From positions 19,325-83,324 of the IMG/VR virus record IMGVR_UViG_2706796350_000001: a stretch of 64,000 nt of DNA. The stretch is one strand, 5' to 3'. Positions 28,099-37,303 of the stretch are shown here, piece by piece (position 1 is the first letter of the stretch; each line of letters begins with the position of its first letter). The position numbers were made by a program, and so were the translations under genes. This DNA comes from a virus (Duplodnaviria; Caudoviricetes). The notes under the pieces were generated by a model. It worked only from the letters and a program-made list of their open reading frames with translations. It was not told the DNA's origin and did not search any database.

Positions 28099-28660
28099 TG
28101 CAAGACGTTGAAAACTAAAGCAGCGGACAGAGTAAGCGGCAACGCCCCTTCGGAAGATACGGGCCGGGCCGCAACGCGAGAGCCACTGAATATCGAAAAT
28201 GGATCTAGCTGGTGAACCCAACGAGGTCTGTGCATGTACTGCGATCACCCGATACGGGGTGGCACGCGAGCTTCTGGACATAGGTAGACAGAACGCATGC
28301 ATGGGCCTGCGGGGATAGATACGAGTGACAGACGTATCGACACTGCCAAAATCGCCAAGTGATGCGCGTGAGAACAGCAGTCATCCGTTTCGGAGTGGAA
28401 GTTAAAGCCTGTAGGGGCGAAGTACAACCGGAGCGACGATGACCCTTGCGGGTGTGCATGTGATGCGAGAAGTAGCGGAATCAGAAATCACGGTGCTGGT
28501 GTAGCGACAGACAGCTACCCCTCAGATCGACCGAGTGCGCAATCGTTTAGCCGAGGTTGCGGCGCATTCGGGGATACCTAAACCATCGGCCCTACCTTAT
28601 GGGTAGACCGTCCGACACTTGGCAACAACTGCCGCTGTAGTGAGCCAAGTGTCGAGGCGG
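28099..28660 (+). ncRNA. Candidate large structured non-coding RNA or long 5-prime leader (~560 nt)
   Basis: No credible ORF between promoter and gene 28709; many helices including a 14-bp stem with 4 G-U pairs, a 10-bp stem and an 11-bp stem. Confidence 0.55.
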
Positions 28661-28708
28661 TGTTCCATGAGTCAGGAAAACCACCAACAGCAACATTAAG
28701 GAGTCACC

Positions 28709-29047
28709 ATGACTACACGTACCGCAACATTTGCACGCCGCCGCTTCACCGTCGAGAACATCGCAGGGCAGGACGTGCGCTTGCATCAGGGGTCGCCGTT
28801 CTGCGACCCGACCGGCGAAGCACCGATCGAGCTTCCGTTCGTCACTGAAAAGATCAGCGAGCGTCGATCGCACGGAACGTGCATCGTGGACGGGTACTAC
28901 TACGAGGTCAACTACTACCCGCACAACTACGCTTCCACTGGCGAGAACTGGTACGTGCTGGGCGTGGAAGACGAGCACGGAACCGAGATTCACTACTCGG
29001 AGCACCGCACCATAGAAGACGCTAAGGCGTACGCAGCACTGATCTAG
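28709..29047 (+). CDS. Hypothetical early protein
   Basis: SD AAGGAG; strong codon bias. Confidence 0.75.
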   Translation: MTTRTATFARRRFTVENIAGQDVRLHQGSPFCDPTGEAPIELPFVTEKISERRSHGTCIVDGYYYEVNYYPHNYASTGENWYVLGVEDEHGTEIHYSEHRTIEDAKAYAALI

Positions 29048-29057
29048 AAAGCTCCGG

Positions 29058-29279
29058 GTGCCCAAGATGATGTCACGAGCTGATTTTGTCAACGTCGCTA
29101 GCGTCCTGAACAAAGAGAAGCTATCCGTGAAGGCGGTAACTGCGATCGCAAACGAACTCGATCGTATCTACCCGGCGTTCGACAGAGAACGGTTTCTGGA
29201 ACAAGCAATCAATCCAGAGTGTTCCCTACCCATCAAGAAACAACGATCCACGAAAGTGAGCGGTACTAAAAATGCGTAA
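29058..29279 (+). CDS. Hypothetical protein
   Basis: 73-aa ORF; start could be ATG 29067. Confidence 0.55.
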   Translation: MPKMMSRADFVNVASVLNKEKLSVKAVTAIANELDRIYPAFDRERFLEQAINPECSLPIKKQRSTKVSGTKNA

Positions 29280-29652
29280 GTTCATCGGAGCAACGATCAT
29301 CTTCGCGGGAGCGGTTACTGCCGGACTCACCGCGTGCACGCCGGATTCGACCACAGTCCAGAGCACCTACGACCCCAGCAGGGCGATCGTTTCTCCGGCA
29401 CCGAACGTCGATCCCCGAACTCCCGAGCAGCGGTACCTCGACAAGCTGAGGGATGCGGGGTTGTCGATCGCAGACAACGACCGCGCCGTCCTCCTTGGTC
29501 GCATGATCTGCCAGATGTACTCCAACGGCAACGATGACGTGACGGTACAGAACGCAATCGCCCTCATCGTCCAGAACAGCCGGACCGCAGCAGGTCGCGG
29601 TTCCGAGATCGTCGCAATTTCCCGCAATGCATTCTGCCCGGAGGTTTACTGA
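29272..29652 (+). CDS. DUF732-like lipoprotein
   Basis: Signal peptide with LTAC lipobox; EQRYLD.LRDAG....D.AV.LGR.IC pattern. Confidence 0.75.
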   Translation: MRKFIGATIIFAGAVTAGLTACTPDSTTVQSTYDPSRAIVSPAPNVDPRTPEQRYLDKLRDAGLSIADNDRAVLLGRMICQMYSNGNDDVTVQNAIALIVQNSRTAAGRGSEIVAISRNAFCPEVY

Positions 29653-29654
29653 AC

Positions 29655-29930
29655 ATGGCACAGCAGCGTAACCAGAGCCAGGCGACCCGCGAAGGAACGG
29701 TGCTCGTCTATCAGGGCGACTTGTTCCGATTCTGCAACCGGGAGTGGATGTGCCTGGACAATCCGATCGGTAATTCGCTCCGGGTGCCGGGGATGAGCCG
29801 CAAACGCCGTCGCTACCGAGGCGATGACGGATCGGCCCCGCTGGACTACCAGAGCGGTTGCGTGATCGTTGCGCCGACGATGGAGTTGTGGCGCTGGAAC
29901 ATCGAACGTCATGAATGGGAGAACATCTAA
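29655..29930 (+). CDS. Hypothetical protein
   Basis: 91-aa ORF in operon. Confidence 0.6.
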   Translation: MAQQRNQSQATREGTVLVYQGDLFRFCNREWMCLDNPIGNSLRVPGMSRKRRRYRGDDGSAPLDYQSGCVIVAPTMELWRWNIERHEWENI

Positions 29931-30094
29931 TGGAGCATGTTTGCCGAGACTTCCGGTTCTCACCACCGGGAAGTTTCGAGTTCGTTTACCGCTGCGTCGA
30001 ATGCAACAAGGTGAAGGACTCCGATCCGTGGCCGTGCGTCGGCAACGGCAACCGGGAGGACAGCGCCGCAGGAATCCCGATTGGTCGCATGTAA
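29930..30094 (+). CDS. Small Cys-rich protein (not in ORF track)
   Basis: TAATG coupling; MEHVCRDF...YRCVECNKVK...PC, 54 aa. Confidence 0.5.
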   Translation: MEHVCRDFRFSPPGSFEFVYRCVECNKVKDSDPWPCVGNGNREDSAAGIPIGRM

Positions 30095-30144
30095 CCGATC
30101 ATCACCAACTCACCAACAAACACCAATCAATTAGGAGAATCACA

Positions 30145-30603
30145 ATGAGCGTTCACACCACCATCGCAATGTCCAGCTTCCCGAGCACCCTGCCGGTCGG
30201 TTCGGTTCCCGAGTCCGACTGGTCGCTGCGTCGTCGCAAGGGCAACCGAGTTCGGTACCAGAACAACGTCACCGCAGTGTGGGACAGCAAGTTCTCCCTC
30301 GAACCGGGCGACGTTCTGTACCGCGAGATCGATCCCGAGCTGTACGGCGAGGTTCAGGAGGCCCCGAACAGCCGCCTGACGGACACGCTGAAGCCCGAGG
30401 TGACGGTCAAGGCGTCCAACACCGCACCGGGCGACTTCGAGGCCGACAAGGTCACCGTGGAGGTGTCCACGACGGTGCCGCTCGAAGAGCACACCCGCGA
30501 CGACCTCCGCGCACTCTGCAAGCAGTTCAAGTTGACCGGCTACGGCAAGCTCAACAAGGCCGGTTTGATCGCCTTGCTGAACGAGAACGGCGTCTTGTCG
30601 TAG
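30145..30603 (+). CDS. Protein with C-terminal Rho_N/HeH-like helical domain
   Basis: SD AGGAGA before ATG 30145; LEEHTRDDLRALCKQFKLTGYGKLNKAGLIALL. Confidence 0.75.
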   Translation: MSVHTTIAMSSFPSTLPVGSVPESDWSLRRRKGNRVRYQNNVTAVWDSKFSLEPGDVLYREIDPELYGEVQEAPNSRLTDTLKPEVTVKASNTAPGDFEADKVTVEVSTTVPLEEHTRDDLRALCKQFKLTGYGKLNKAGLIALLNENGVLS

Positions 30604-30654
30604 GTCGCTGATACAAACACAAACCAACCCCGCAACGAAACAGGAGAGTAAGAC

Positions 30655-31854
30655 ATGACCGCAGCACGCACCCGAGTTCGCAAGCCCGCCGTGAAGAAAG
30701 AGGTCGCAGCACCGCGCCAGGCAATCATCCCCGAGAAGTCGTTCTACGATTCGTACGTCAGTCGAGTGGTCATCGCGGGCGACAAGGCGCGGGGTAGCAA
30801 AGACCTCACCGACTTCGACATCTTCGAGCGCGCTTTCGCACGTAACGAAAACGTTCTGCTCGAAGGCCCGACCGGTTGCGCGAAGACCTCAGCGATTCTG
30901 GCTTACGCAGCCTACAAAGAGGTGCCGTTCTACGCGATCCCGTCGAACATCGGCATCGAGCCTTCGCAGTTGTTCGGCAAGTTCGTGCCCATGCCGAACG
31001 GATCGATCGAGTGGGTGGACGGCCCGGTCACGTCGATCGTTCGCAACGGAGGTGTCTTGCTGATCAATGAAGTCAACTTCATGCCGGACCGAGTGGCAAC
31101 GGTTCTGTTCGGTCTGCTGGACAAGCGTCGACAGATCACTCTGCTGGATCACAACGCCGAAGTGATCGACGCCAACGAGGACTTGCTGATCGTCGCGGAC
31201 ATGAACCCCGAATACGAGGGCACGCGTCCACTGAACAAGGCGTTTCGCAACCGGTTCTCCGTCCAGATTCCGTGGGGGTACGACAACGAGGTCGAGAAGA
31301 AGTTGCTGAAGTCCAAGTCTCTGATCGACATGGCCGAAAAGCTCCGGGTCGACGCCGACAACGGCGGCTTGGAGACGCCGTGCAGCACGAACATGCTGAT
31401 GGAGTTCGAGAGCAACTACAACGACATGGGGTATGACTACGCCGCGTTCATGTTCATCTCGCACTACCAGGCCGAAGAGCGTGGAGCGGTTCGCCTGATC
31501 ATGGACACCTACCGCGACAACCTGGACCGCGAGCTTGACGAGAAGGCTCGTAAGGCCGAAGAGCGTGCACGTAAGGCCGAGGAACGGAAGTTGGCAAAGC
31601 TGCGCAAGGAGCTTGAAAGCCTGATCGATCCGGTTCGCGAGGACAAGCAGCGCGTCGTGGAAGCCGACGATCCCGAGAACGAGGGGCACAAGACCTACGT
31701 TCTGGTCGACGATGAGTGGGGCATCGAGGGTCTGGACTGGGAATGGACCGACGAGGACGACGACTCCGACGACGATGATTCGGAAGAAGAGTCGGACGAC
31801 GATGTTGCGTTCGATGACGACGACGAAGACGACGAGCTGGACAACGCTTTCTGA
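30655..31854 (+). CDS. MoxR-type AAA+ ATPase with acidic tail
   Basis: Walker A GPTGCAKT, Walker B variant LLINE, DMNP.YEG...LN.AF.NRF; D/E-rich C-terminus. Confidence 0.9.
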   Translation: MTAARTRVRKPAVKKEVAAPRQAIIPEKSFYDSYVSRVVIAGDKARGSKDLTDFDIFERAFARNENVLLEGPTGCAKTSAILAYAAYKEVPFYAIPSNIGIEPSQLFGKFVPMPNGSIEWVDGPVTSIVRNGGVLLINEVNFMPDRVATVLFGLLDKRRQITLLDHNAEVIDANEDLLIVADMNPEYEGTRPLNKAFRNRFSVQIPWGYDNEVEKKLLKSKSLIDMAEKLRVDADNGGLETPCSTNMLMEFESNYNDMGYDYAAFMFISHYQAEERGAVRLIMDTYRDNLDRELDEKARKAEERARKAEERKLAKLRKELESLIDPVREDKQRVVEADDPENEGHKTYVLVDDEWGIEGLDWEWTDEDDDSDDDDSEEESDDDVAFDDDDEDDELDNAF

Positions 31855-31896
31855 GTCTTAGCCAGCATCGCAAACCAAACCTGAAAGGAGCGTGAC

Positions 31897-33810
31897 ATGA
31901 AGATCACCAAACGATCGATGATGCTGACGAAAGAAGAGGAGAACACGGTTCGCCTTACCCAACTCGGGCAGGTCTTCGCCACCGCAGACTCCGCACTTGC
32001 CGGACGACGCGTGTCAGTGAAGATCGTCCCCGAGGCGGATCAGACGTACGGCGACGGCACTCCGGCGTACACGGTCAACGGCACGCATGTGACGATCAAC
32101 GAGCTTCCCGGTCATCCCGACTTTCTGAGCACGTCGGGTCTGGTGGTGGCAAACGGTCTGAACTATCACGAGCTTTGCCATGTTCTGTACACGCCGGGGC
32201 ACAAGACCCAACTCGCGCAGAAGGTCGTTCAGACCGGAGGCATGGCGGCAGCCCAGGCGTACAACCTCCTGGAAGATCAGCGCATCGAAGGGATCATGAC
32301 GACTCGGTTCACCACCACCAAGCACTACCTCACGGCGACGGTGGCCGAGTATTTCCTGAACGTCAACTGGCAAGCACGCGGTCGCAATAACCTGGAAGAG
32401 TGCTTGGCGGAATCGTGGCCGATCGTTTACGGTCGCCGCTACCTCCCCCAGCACATGCGCGATCACTTCCGCACGGTAGCGAACGATCCGGCTTATCGTA
32501 ACTGGACAGTCGCGAACCTCCGTCGCATGGAAGCAATCATCGACGAGTACGTCAAGATTCGCTTCGGCAAGATCATGAACGTGATGACGCTCAACCACGC
32601 GCACAGCTTGATCGTGGAGTTCACAGACCTGCTGTCCAAGGGCAAGCGCAAGAACGATCCCGACTCGACCAGCAACGGTCTGCCTAACCCTTTCGCTCAT
32701 CCCAAGGCAGTCGACGGCGGAAGCTCCGGGTGTGCAGACGCCGGAATGGCCGGTGCCGAGGGCCAGAGCAAGAAGGGCGATACCCCGGCCAAGAGTGATG
32801 GCGGCGGTAAGGGCGTCGATGACGGATCGGATACCGGCTCGGGTGATGGTTCGGATTCGCCGGATGAGGGAGCGGGCAACGGTTCTAGCGCTGGTGATGG
32901 CAGCAGTGGACCGGGAGGGCCGGACACGATCGGCGCTTTGCGTAAGGCACTGAACGGTGCCATGCAGGACGCCGAGGTTGTGGCGAACACCGCGCAGCAG
33001 AACCGAACCCTCAACAGCAAGGGTGACAAGTTCAATGGTGTGTTGGCGAGCACGAACTACACCAATCACAAGTCGTACCCCGAGTACTCGCAGCAGGCTG
33101 GTGCATTCCGCAAGCAGCTTTCCCGTATCTCGGAAGACGCTGATCCCGGTTTCGACCGAGGTCACGATTCGGGTCGACTGAACATCATGCGAGCTGTTCG
33201 TGGTGATTCGATCGATACCGTTTTCGACTTGTGGAAAGAGGGAAAGCAGGACGCGTCAAGCATCGAGCTGGTCGTGTTGTTGGATCGTTCGTATTCGATG
33301 TCGCAACTGATGGCTCAGGCGTGTCAGGCCGCATGGTCGATCAAGTACGGCATCGACGGTCTGGGAGGTGACGCCCGTTGTTCGGTGATCACCTTCGGGA
33401 GCCAGGCGTCATACCTGTACCGGCCTAATGATGTGGCAACCTCACAGCCGCGTCACGTGTCGTCCAACGGTGGCACCACGGTCGAACCGGCAGCGATGGA
33501 GGCGTTGCGGATCATGGCCCGAAGCGAGCGGAAGAAGAAGATTCTGATTTCCGTATCGGACGGAGGGTGGGATGACCGGGAAGAAGCAACCGAGGTCATC
33601 AAGCGAATGCGAGCGGGTGGAGTCACCACTGCGGCGTTGTTCTTGCAGGACGACACCACTGCTCGATTCATCAAGGGTATGGACAGCGGGAGCCGGAAGG
33701 ACTACCTCGACGTGATGCGCAACGAACACGAGATGTTCGTCCTTGGTGATTCGCCGAACTCCATCACCATGCTTGGCAAGAGCCTGGTGAAGGCAGCAAT
33801 GCGTCGGTGA
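31897..33810 (+). CDS. vWA-domain protein with N-terminal HExxH motif (MoxR partner)
   Basis: NYHELCHVLYT, YNLLEDQRIE, Gly/Asp linker, MIDAS LLDRSYSM...GGT...SDG. Confidence 0.88.
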   Translation: MKITKRSMMLTKEEENTVRLTQLGQVFATADSALAGRRVSVKIVPEADQTYGDGTPAYTVNGTHVTINELPGHPDFLSTSGLVVANGLNYHELCHVLYTPGHKTQLAQKVVQTGGMAAAQAYNLLEDQRIEGIMTTRFTTTKHYLTATVAEYFLNVNWQARGRNNLEECLAESWPIVYGRRYLPQHMRDHFRTVANDPAYRNWTVANLRRMEAIIDEYVKIRFGKIMNVMTLNHAHSLIVEFTDLLSKGKRKNDPDSTSNGLPNPFAHPKAVDGGSSGCADAGMAGAEGQSKKGDTPAKSDGGGKGVDDGSDTGSGDGSDSPDEGAGNGSSAGDGSSGPGGPDTIGALRKALNGAMQDAEVVANTAQQNRTLNSKGDKFNGVLASTNYTNHKSYPEYSQQAGAFRKQLSRISEDADPGFDRGHDSGRLNIMRAVRGDSIDTVFDLWKEGKQDASSIELVVLLDRSYSMSQLMAQACQAAWSIKYGIDGLGGDARCSVITFGSQASYLYRPNDVATSQPRHVSSNGGTTVEPAAMEALRIMARSERKKKILISVSDGGWDDREEATEVIKRMRAGGVTTAALFLQDDTTARFIKGMDSGSRKDYLDVMRNEHEMFVLGDSPNSITMLGKSLVKAAMRR

Positions 33811-33949
33811 CCCCGGCGCTCCGGGTGGTCGTACTTGCGGTAACGACCTGAGATTGCGCGCTAAGCAGGTATTGGGCGCGAACGTATCCGCTCAGTCTCA
33901 GGTGACCACCATTACCGGAACTACGAAACAGAGAAAGGTAGCGCCCGTC

Positions 33950-34495
33950 ATGGGTATGGAAAACAACAGACTCGCAGCCGACATCAGCGACTTGATCGAC
34001 AAGGGTGAGTTCAACAGTCGTCAGTTGTCGCTGATCGAAGTTGCGTGCCGTAAGGAGCGTTCTCGTATCGGTCCGCATGGGCGATTCGGGACGGAGCCGG
34101 AAGGTCGCAAGCACAAGCGTTTGCGGCGTCGCACACCGGAAGACGTTTCGGCGGAGTTGGCTGAACGCTTTGGTAAAGCGGCACCGGACGAGAAGCTGGA
34201 CGTCAATGTCCCGGCGCAGGCAAGCTCAGGTTACTGCCTGACGACGTTGGACAGAAGGCCGAACGTGGCGAACATCGAGCACAACGGCAAGTACTACTAC
34301 ACGCACGAACTGAAACGTGAGTTCGTAAACAAGATATTCGTCACCACGATGATTCCCCGGCTGAGTCGTCTTCAGTGCCGAGTTTCCAAAGTCAACCGCA
34401 CTCGTGCGGTGATTGAGGTCGAGGGCCATGCCCGCGATTACACCATCCCTCTGCGAATCATCATCGCTATCTACTTGAATGGAGAGTTCCTGTGA
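33950..34495 (+). CDS. Hypothetical protein
   Basis: SD GAAAGG before ATG 33950/33956. Confidence 0.6.
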   Translation: MGMENNRLAADISDLIDKGEFNSRQLSLIEVACRKERSRIGPHGRFGTEPEGRKHKRLRRRTPEDVSAELAERFGKAAPDEKLDVNVPAQASSGYCLTTLDRRPNVANIEHNGKYYYTHELKREFVNKIFVTTMIPRLSRLQCRVSKVNRTRAVIEVEGHARDYTIPLRIIIAIYLNGEFL

Positions 34496-34926
34496 GCACC
34501 GCACCCGAGAAGAAGACGAAGAAGGTCACCATGCGGAAGCGCCGCAGCGATTCGCCGGAGGAAAACCTTCGCCGTATTGCCGCGTTGCGTAAGCGGCAGG
34601 ACGAGATCGGCGCACAGATCAAAGAGCGCCAGGACGAGTTGCTGAAGCAATTGGAGACCAGCGAACTCGACAAGCTCATCTTCAAGGACGAAGAGGATGG
34701 TGTCACGATCACGGGAACTGTCGTGCGGTCGGAGACAGTCAGCATGGACGAAGAAGCGCTGAAGAAGAAGGTCGGCGCGAGCACGTGGAAGAAGATCACG
34801 TCGCTGGTTCTGGACAAGAAGAAGCTCGACATCGCCATGTCGTCCGGCGACGTGTCACTGACCGATGTCGCGGCGGTGAGCACGACTACGCCGCGTTCAC
34901 CGTACATCCGAGTCACGGTTAAGTGA
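34492..34926 (+). CDS. Hypothetical coiled-coil protein
   Basis: 144 aa, GTGA coupling. Confidence 0.7.
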   Translation: MSTAPEKKTKKVTMRKRRSDSPEENLRRIAALRKRQDEIGAQIKERQDELLKQLETSELDKLIFKDEEDGVTITGTVVRSETVSMDEEALKKKVGASTWKKITSLVLDKKKLDIAMSSGDVSLTDVAAVSTTTPRSPYIRVTVK

Positions 34927-34938
34927 AGGGTTTGAGAG

Positions 34939-35232
34939 ATGCCTGAAGACATTATCGACCAGATCGACGTTCGCTTCGAGCATTGCCGTATCTACGGTCA
35001 CATGTGGGACTCGATGACGATCACGTTCTTGGAAGGTCGCCAGTACCTCGATCACCTTCGTTGCGAACGGTGCGGGACTGAACGGCGAGACAAGGTGAAC
35101 TTGTTGAACGGGTTGACTGTGAGTCGGGCGTACACCTACACGGTCGGCTACAAACTCAAGAACGGCGGGTGGGACGCGGCAGCGCGTGGCCGTCTGCGGA
35201 TGCGAGCGTACGAGAAGAGGACGGCGCTATGA
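34939..35232 (+). CDS. Zn-binding hypothetical protein
   Basis: C...GH.W...CERCG. Confidence 0.7.
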   Translation: MPEDIIDQIDVRFEHCRIYGHMWDSMTITFLEGRQYLDHLRCERCGTERRDKVNLLNGLTVSRAYTYTVGYKLKNGGWDAAARGRLRMRAYEKRTAL

Positions 35233-35447
35233 CCGACACGATGCACACCGTACGGATGGGGACTCTGAATCGGTTCAACGGACCGTGCCTTTACAGTTTC
35301 CCCACGCGGAAGGCAGCAGTGAGGTTCGCAACGACGCATGCACAAATCGCTCCGGGTCGCGTCGTCATCGTGAAAGACCCGAGCGGAAGAATCATCAAGC
35401 GATTCGGCAAACGCCGGTCACTCGCACCGAAGGGAAAGGTCGCGTGA
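35229..35447 (+). CDS. Small hypothetical protein
   Basis: ATGA coupling, 72 aa. Confidence 0.55.
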   Translation: MTDTMHTVRMGTLNRFNGPCLYSFPTRKAAVRFATTHAQIAPGRVVIVKDPSGRIIKRFGKRRSLAPKGKVA

Positions 35448-35554
35448 ATGCAGTAGGAGCAGTTCTTGGGCTAGTGATTGTCCTGTGCCTCGTTGCACTC
35501 GCAGTTACCGGCACAGTGTGGTGCATTGCCAAGATCATCAAGAGCTTACGATGA
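35444..35554 (+). CDS. Small single-TM protein
   Basis: GTGA coupling; 36 aa, hydrophobic. Confidence 0.5.
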   Translation: MNAVGAVLGLVIVLCLVALAVTGTVWCIAKIIKSLR

Positions 35555-35775
35555 TTCTGCTGTACCTGATTCTGAGGGACATGCTGAAGCTGTCCCTGTA
35601 CGTGTTGGAAGGATTGGTCAAACTCTTCATGTGGGTTTGCCTAGTTCTCTATCGCGGTATAGAACTCGCCGTTACAGCATATGTCGAACGAAAGGATGCG
35701 AACGATGGCACTCACGAAGAAGGCACCTATCAAGAAGGTGCGGCGCAGCAAGCCCGTTACTCAGATCGACGATAA
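35551..35775 (+). CDS. Small membrane protein
   Basis: ATGA coupling; hydrophobic N-terminal half; overlaps next gene by about 70 nt. Confidence 0.45.
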   Translation: MILLYLILRDMLKLSLYVLEGLVKLFMWVCLVLYRGIELAVTAYVERKDANDGTHEEGTYQEGAAQQARYSDRR

Positions 35776-36514
35776 GCCCAAGGGCGAACCGAAGTCCGAG
35801 GGTGTGGTGGTCGTGGACAAGGCGATGGAGCCGTATGACGGTGACCTTCCCGATTCGATGGAGCACTACCGCGACGACCTCCACCTGATACCGGTGGCCG
35901 ATCGTCCTAGTGATCCGGCGTTCCCGAAACTCGCAAAGGGTTGCTACCCGCCGGAGACGTACTACGTGTTCGATGTTGAGACCCGGCGGTGCACGCACAT
36001 GTACTCGATCGACGCGCAGGGTGTGGGGATCGCTTGGGACGTGGACTACGGAGGCCGGTACTTCACCCGCATCACGAAGCCGCTCCGGTGCCCTCGGTTT
36101 GTGGAGTACTGCTACGACTCGTCGGTGGCACTGTCGAACCGGGAGGACTGGAACCGGGCGCACAAGAACTACCTCGGGTCTCTCAGCTCGAACGTAGGCG
36201 GATCAGACGCACAACCGGACCACCGACAGGCACCACGGGCCAAACGACCGCTACAGGGCAAGCCAGCGGCCAAAACGGCGGTATCCGGTGGACGTACCAA
36301 CGTCGCGCCGACCACAGCACCGAAGAAGAGCCTTGGGCAGCGCAAGTCACTGAAGCGTGCGCCGGTCGAGAGGTCTACGTTGCTGACGGACAAGGGGTTG
36401 GATACTCGGGCGCTGGATGACGCGGCCAAGAGCATGTCTGAGCGGTTGACGGGCAAGCTGGGCGGTAGCGAGAAGCGCCCGCTGAAGAAGAAGACCCTAC
36501 GCAAGAGAGGCTGA
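35705..36514 (+). CDS. Hypothetical protein with basic N- and C-terminal tails
   Basis: MALTKKAPIKKVRR start (SD GAAAGG); globular core; K/R-rich C-terminus. Confidence 0.65.
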   Translation: MALTKKAPIKKVRRSKPVTQIDDKPKGEPKSEGVVVVDKAMEPYDGDLPDSMEHYRDDLHLIPVADRPSDPAFPKLAKGCYPPETYYVFDVETRRCTHMYSIDAQGVGIAWDVDYGGRYFTRITKPLRCPRFVEYCYDSSVALSNREDWNRAHKNYLGSLSSNVGGSDAQPDHRQAPRAKRPLQGKPAAKTAVSGGRTNVAPTTAPKKSLGQRKSLKRAPVERSTLLTDKGLDTRALDDAAKSMSERLTGKLGGSEKRPLKKKTLRKRG

Positions 36515-36518
36515 AACG

Positions 36519-37058
36519 ATGGACTTCAACCCGCTGAACGGATCGAACGGAACGGGACGCGGCGGTGAGGAATACATCGTCCGCTCGTATGCAGAGATTC
36601 TGGAAAGCAACGGCCTGAGCACGTGTCCGTTCAACATTACCGCGTGCCGACTGTCCGTCATGGCTTGCGAACATCTGGATGCGAGTCTTGGCAATGACTT
36701 CAACTTCCAGGTCTTGTACTCGGAAACGATCGACGCGCCTGTGTTGTACGTCGGCGTTCACGACAGCGAAGGTGGGTTCTCGCCGATGCTGATGGTGATG
36801 ACTTCCGAGTTCATCGGGCGGCTGCGTCTGTACTGCGGTGGTCCCGATTGCAATCACGAGGCGTGTGAAGCAATGCCCGAAGCACTAAAGGAGCAGGTGC
36901 ATAAGCAGACGGTGAAAGCACTACGGGACGAAGAGCCGGAGGTGGACACGACAGACTTTGCGCCTATAGTGGATAGCATCGCCGACGAGTTGCCCTCGTT
37001 CGAGGACTTGGCAAAGTACTATCAACTCGGGGATGAAGGCGAAACGAAAGGAGGTTAG
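36519..37058 (+). CDS. Hypothetical protein
   Basis: 179 aa, SD GAGG. Confidence 0.7.
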   Translation: MDFNPLNGSNGTGRGGEEYIVRSYAEILESNGLSTCPFNITACRLSVMACEHLDASLGNDFNFQVLYSETIDAPVLYVGVHDSEGGFSPMLMVMTSEFIGRLRLYCGGPDCNHEACEAMPEALKEQVHKQTVKALRDEEPEVDTTDFAPIVDSIADELPSFEDLAKYYQLGDEGETKGG

Positions 37059-37303
37059 TGATGGAAGCGACAGGGTTCATGTCGCAGATACCGGAAGGAT
37101 GGTTCACCCGTTCACAGGTAGCAGCGAGGATCGGCAAGTCGGTAGACACGATTCGTCGTTGGCATGCGAGTGGCATCTATAAGTCCACCCGGCAAGAGCA
37201 GTTCGGTTCGGTAAATGTCTGGTTGTATTCCGAGGAGGATGTCGCGGCCATGAAGCACATAGCCCGAACGATTCGACCAGGACGAGTAGCGAAGGAGGAC
37301 TGA
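37058..37303 (+). CDS. MerR-like helix-turn-helix DNA-binding protein
   Basis: FTRSQVAARIGKSVDTIRRW...G.......WLYSEEDV. Confidence 0.85.
   Translation: MMEATGFMSQIPEGWFTRSQVAARIGKSVDTIRRWHASGIYKSTRQEQFGSVNVWLYSEEDVAAMKHIARTIRPGRVAKED

Noticed and set aside
28099-28660. tmRNA, RNase P, or group I/II intron identity for the large RNA
   Set aside because: No tRNA-like acceptor or T-arm ends, no GAGGAAAGUCC, no P7 R/S elements, no domain V, and no flanking interrupted gene were recognised; a covariance-model search is still needed
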